Shown here one piece after another: positions 31,456 to 32,000 of a stretch of 32,000 nt of DNA. The stretch's first letter is position 1, and every line of letters begins with the position of its first letter. The notes under the pieces are model-generated. The model made no database searches, was not told where the DNA came from, and worked only from the letters and a program-made list of their open reading frames with translations. Source of the DNA: Polyangiaceae bacterium (GTDB taxonomy: Bacteria > Myxococcota_A > Polyangia > Polyangiales > Polyangiaceae); the NCBI GenBank assembly GCA_050298815.1, contig JBNKUV010000091.1, positions 70,633 through 102,632 of the forward strand, read 5' to 3'. The position numbers and the translations under genes are program-made.

Positions 31456-31917
31456 CTAACGCCGCGCGGCCAGGGCATCGCGAATCTCCGCGCGGGTCAT
31501 CGGGCCGCGCATGAAGGAATACGCCCAGCGGGGTTGGAACAAGCGCATGCCGGTCTCGTCGTGCACGTCGCGCAGGATGAACCACCGCTTCGACAGGCGT
31601 TTGACGAGGTGGTTCAGGTCTTTGGGGGAGCCCGGGCCAGCGTTGGACAGCGACAGCCCGTCGATGACGCGAGCGCGATCGGCATCCGTCTGCAGTCGCC
31701 CGATGCACCACATCCCGGCGTTCGACAAGGCGCGGTAGTCCAGATCCATGGGGTTCTGCGTTGCCAGGACGACGCCAACGCCGTAGGCGCGTGCTTGCTT
31801 CATCAACGAAACGATGGGGCCCTTCGTCGGTGGGTTGTTCGGGTGTGGGGGCAGCAACCCGGGAGTGTCAGAAATCTTGTGTAAGTTGACGAAGCCAGGT
31901 GACTTAGCAGGAGTCAC
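31456..31917 (-). pseudogene. C-terminal third of a HerA/FtsK-like (DUF87-type) P-loop ATPase, N-terminal part missing
   Basis: PPHPNNPPTKGPIVSLMKQARAYGVGVVLATQNPMDLDYRALSNAGMWCIGRLQTDADRARVIDGL...KRWFILRDVH...RWAYSFMRGPMTRAEI matches the conserved tail of large HerA-like ATPases (recalled). No Walker A is present. The upstream frame has no homology and a + strand ORF starts at 31920. Confidence 0.55.
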
Positions 31918-31919
31918 TT

Positions 31920-32000
31920 ATGGAACAACCAACCAAGGACAAGAAGAAGCTCAGCAATCGGGAGATCGCCGAGCGCAAACGTGAGCTCATCGACCAGTTA
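31920..32000 (+). CDS. Start of an unidentified ORF running off the window (Lys/Glu-rich, coiled-coil-like N-terminus)
   Basis: ATG 31920, MEQPTKDKKKLSNREIAERKRELIDQL. Only 27 codons are visible. Confidence 0.3.
   Translation, partial: MEQPTKDKKKLSNREIAERKRELIDQL

Overview
High-GC bacterial chromosomal segment. The gene content suggests Myxococcota, which is an inference: an AgmX/PglI-type tail-domain protein, an FG-GAP lipoprotein, very dense two-component signalling and four-helix-bundle genes. The window has three parts. (1) 1-11.8 kb holds ordinary and accessory genes: a tandem cytochrome P460-like protein, a four-helix-bundle (23S-IVS/Avd-type) gene, an FG-GAP lipoprotein coupled to a Cys-rich lipoprotein, a divergent SDR/LysR pair, an APC permease and a MacAB/Lol-type adaptor-permease-ATPase operon. 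(2) 12.0-25.8 kb is a visibly less GC-rich block of seven signal-transduction genes and nothing else: CheY-like RR, CheB-CheR-PAS fusion, hybrid HK, REC-REC-GGDEF-EAL, a sensorless HK, an RR, a Cache/HAMP HK and a multi-PAS HK. (3) 25.8-32 kb is a degraded accessory region with an IS91-type transposase remnant, frame-broken Cys-rich lipoprotein ORFs, a four-helix-bundle gene fragment, a minimal nucleotidyltransferase, an alpha/beta-hydrolase lacking its nucleophile, a NUDIX hydrolase and a 5'-truncated HerA/FtsK-like ATPase. The most unusual signal is a repeat family not explained by any gene. It combines a (GAGGCT)n microsatellite with a conserved core and occurs three times on the same strand. 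One copy forms a long hairpin over the start codon of the four-helix-bundle gene, and another is fused in frame to an IS66 transposase tail. A 115-nt near-identical copy of the four-helix-bundle gene 3' end lies 28 kb away. I did not recognise any rRNA, tRNA or CRISPR array. I cannot show a complete new multi-gene system. The repeat/four-helix-bundle cassette and the self-contained signalling island are the best candidates. All similarity calls are from motif recognition by eye, not searches.
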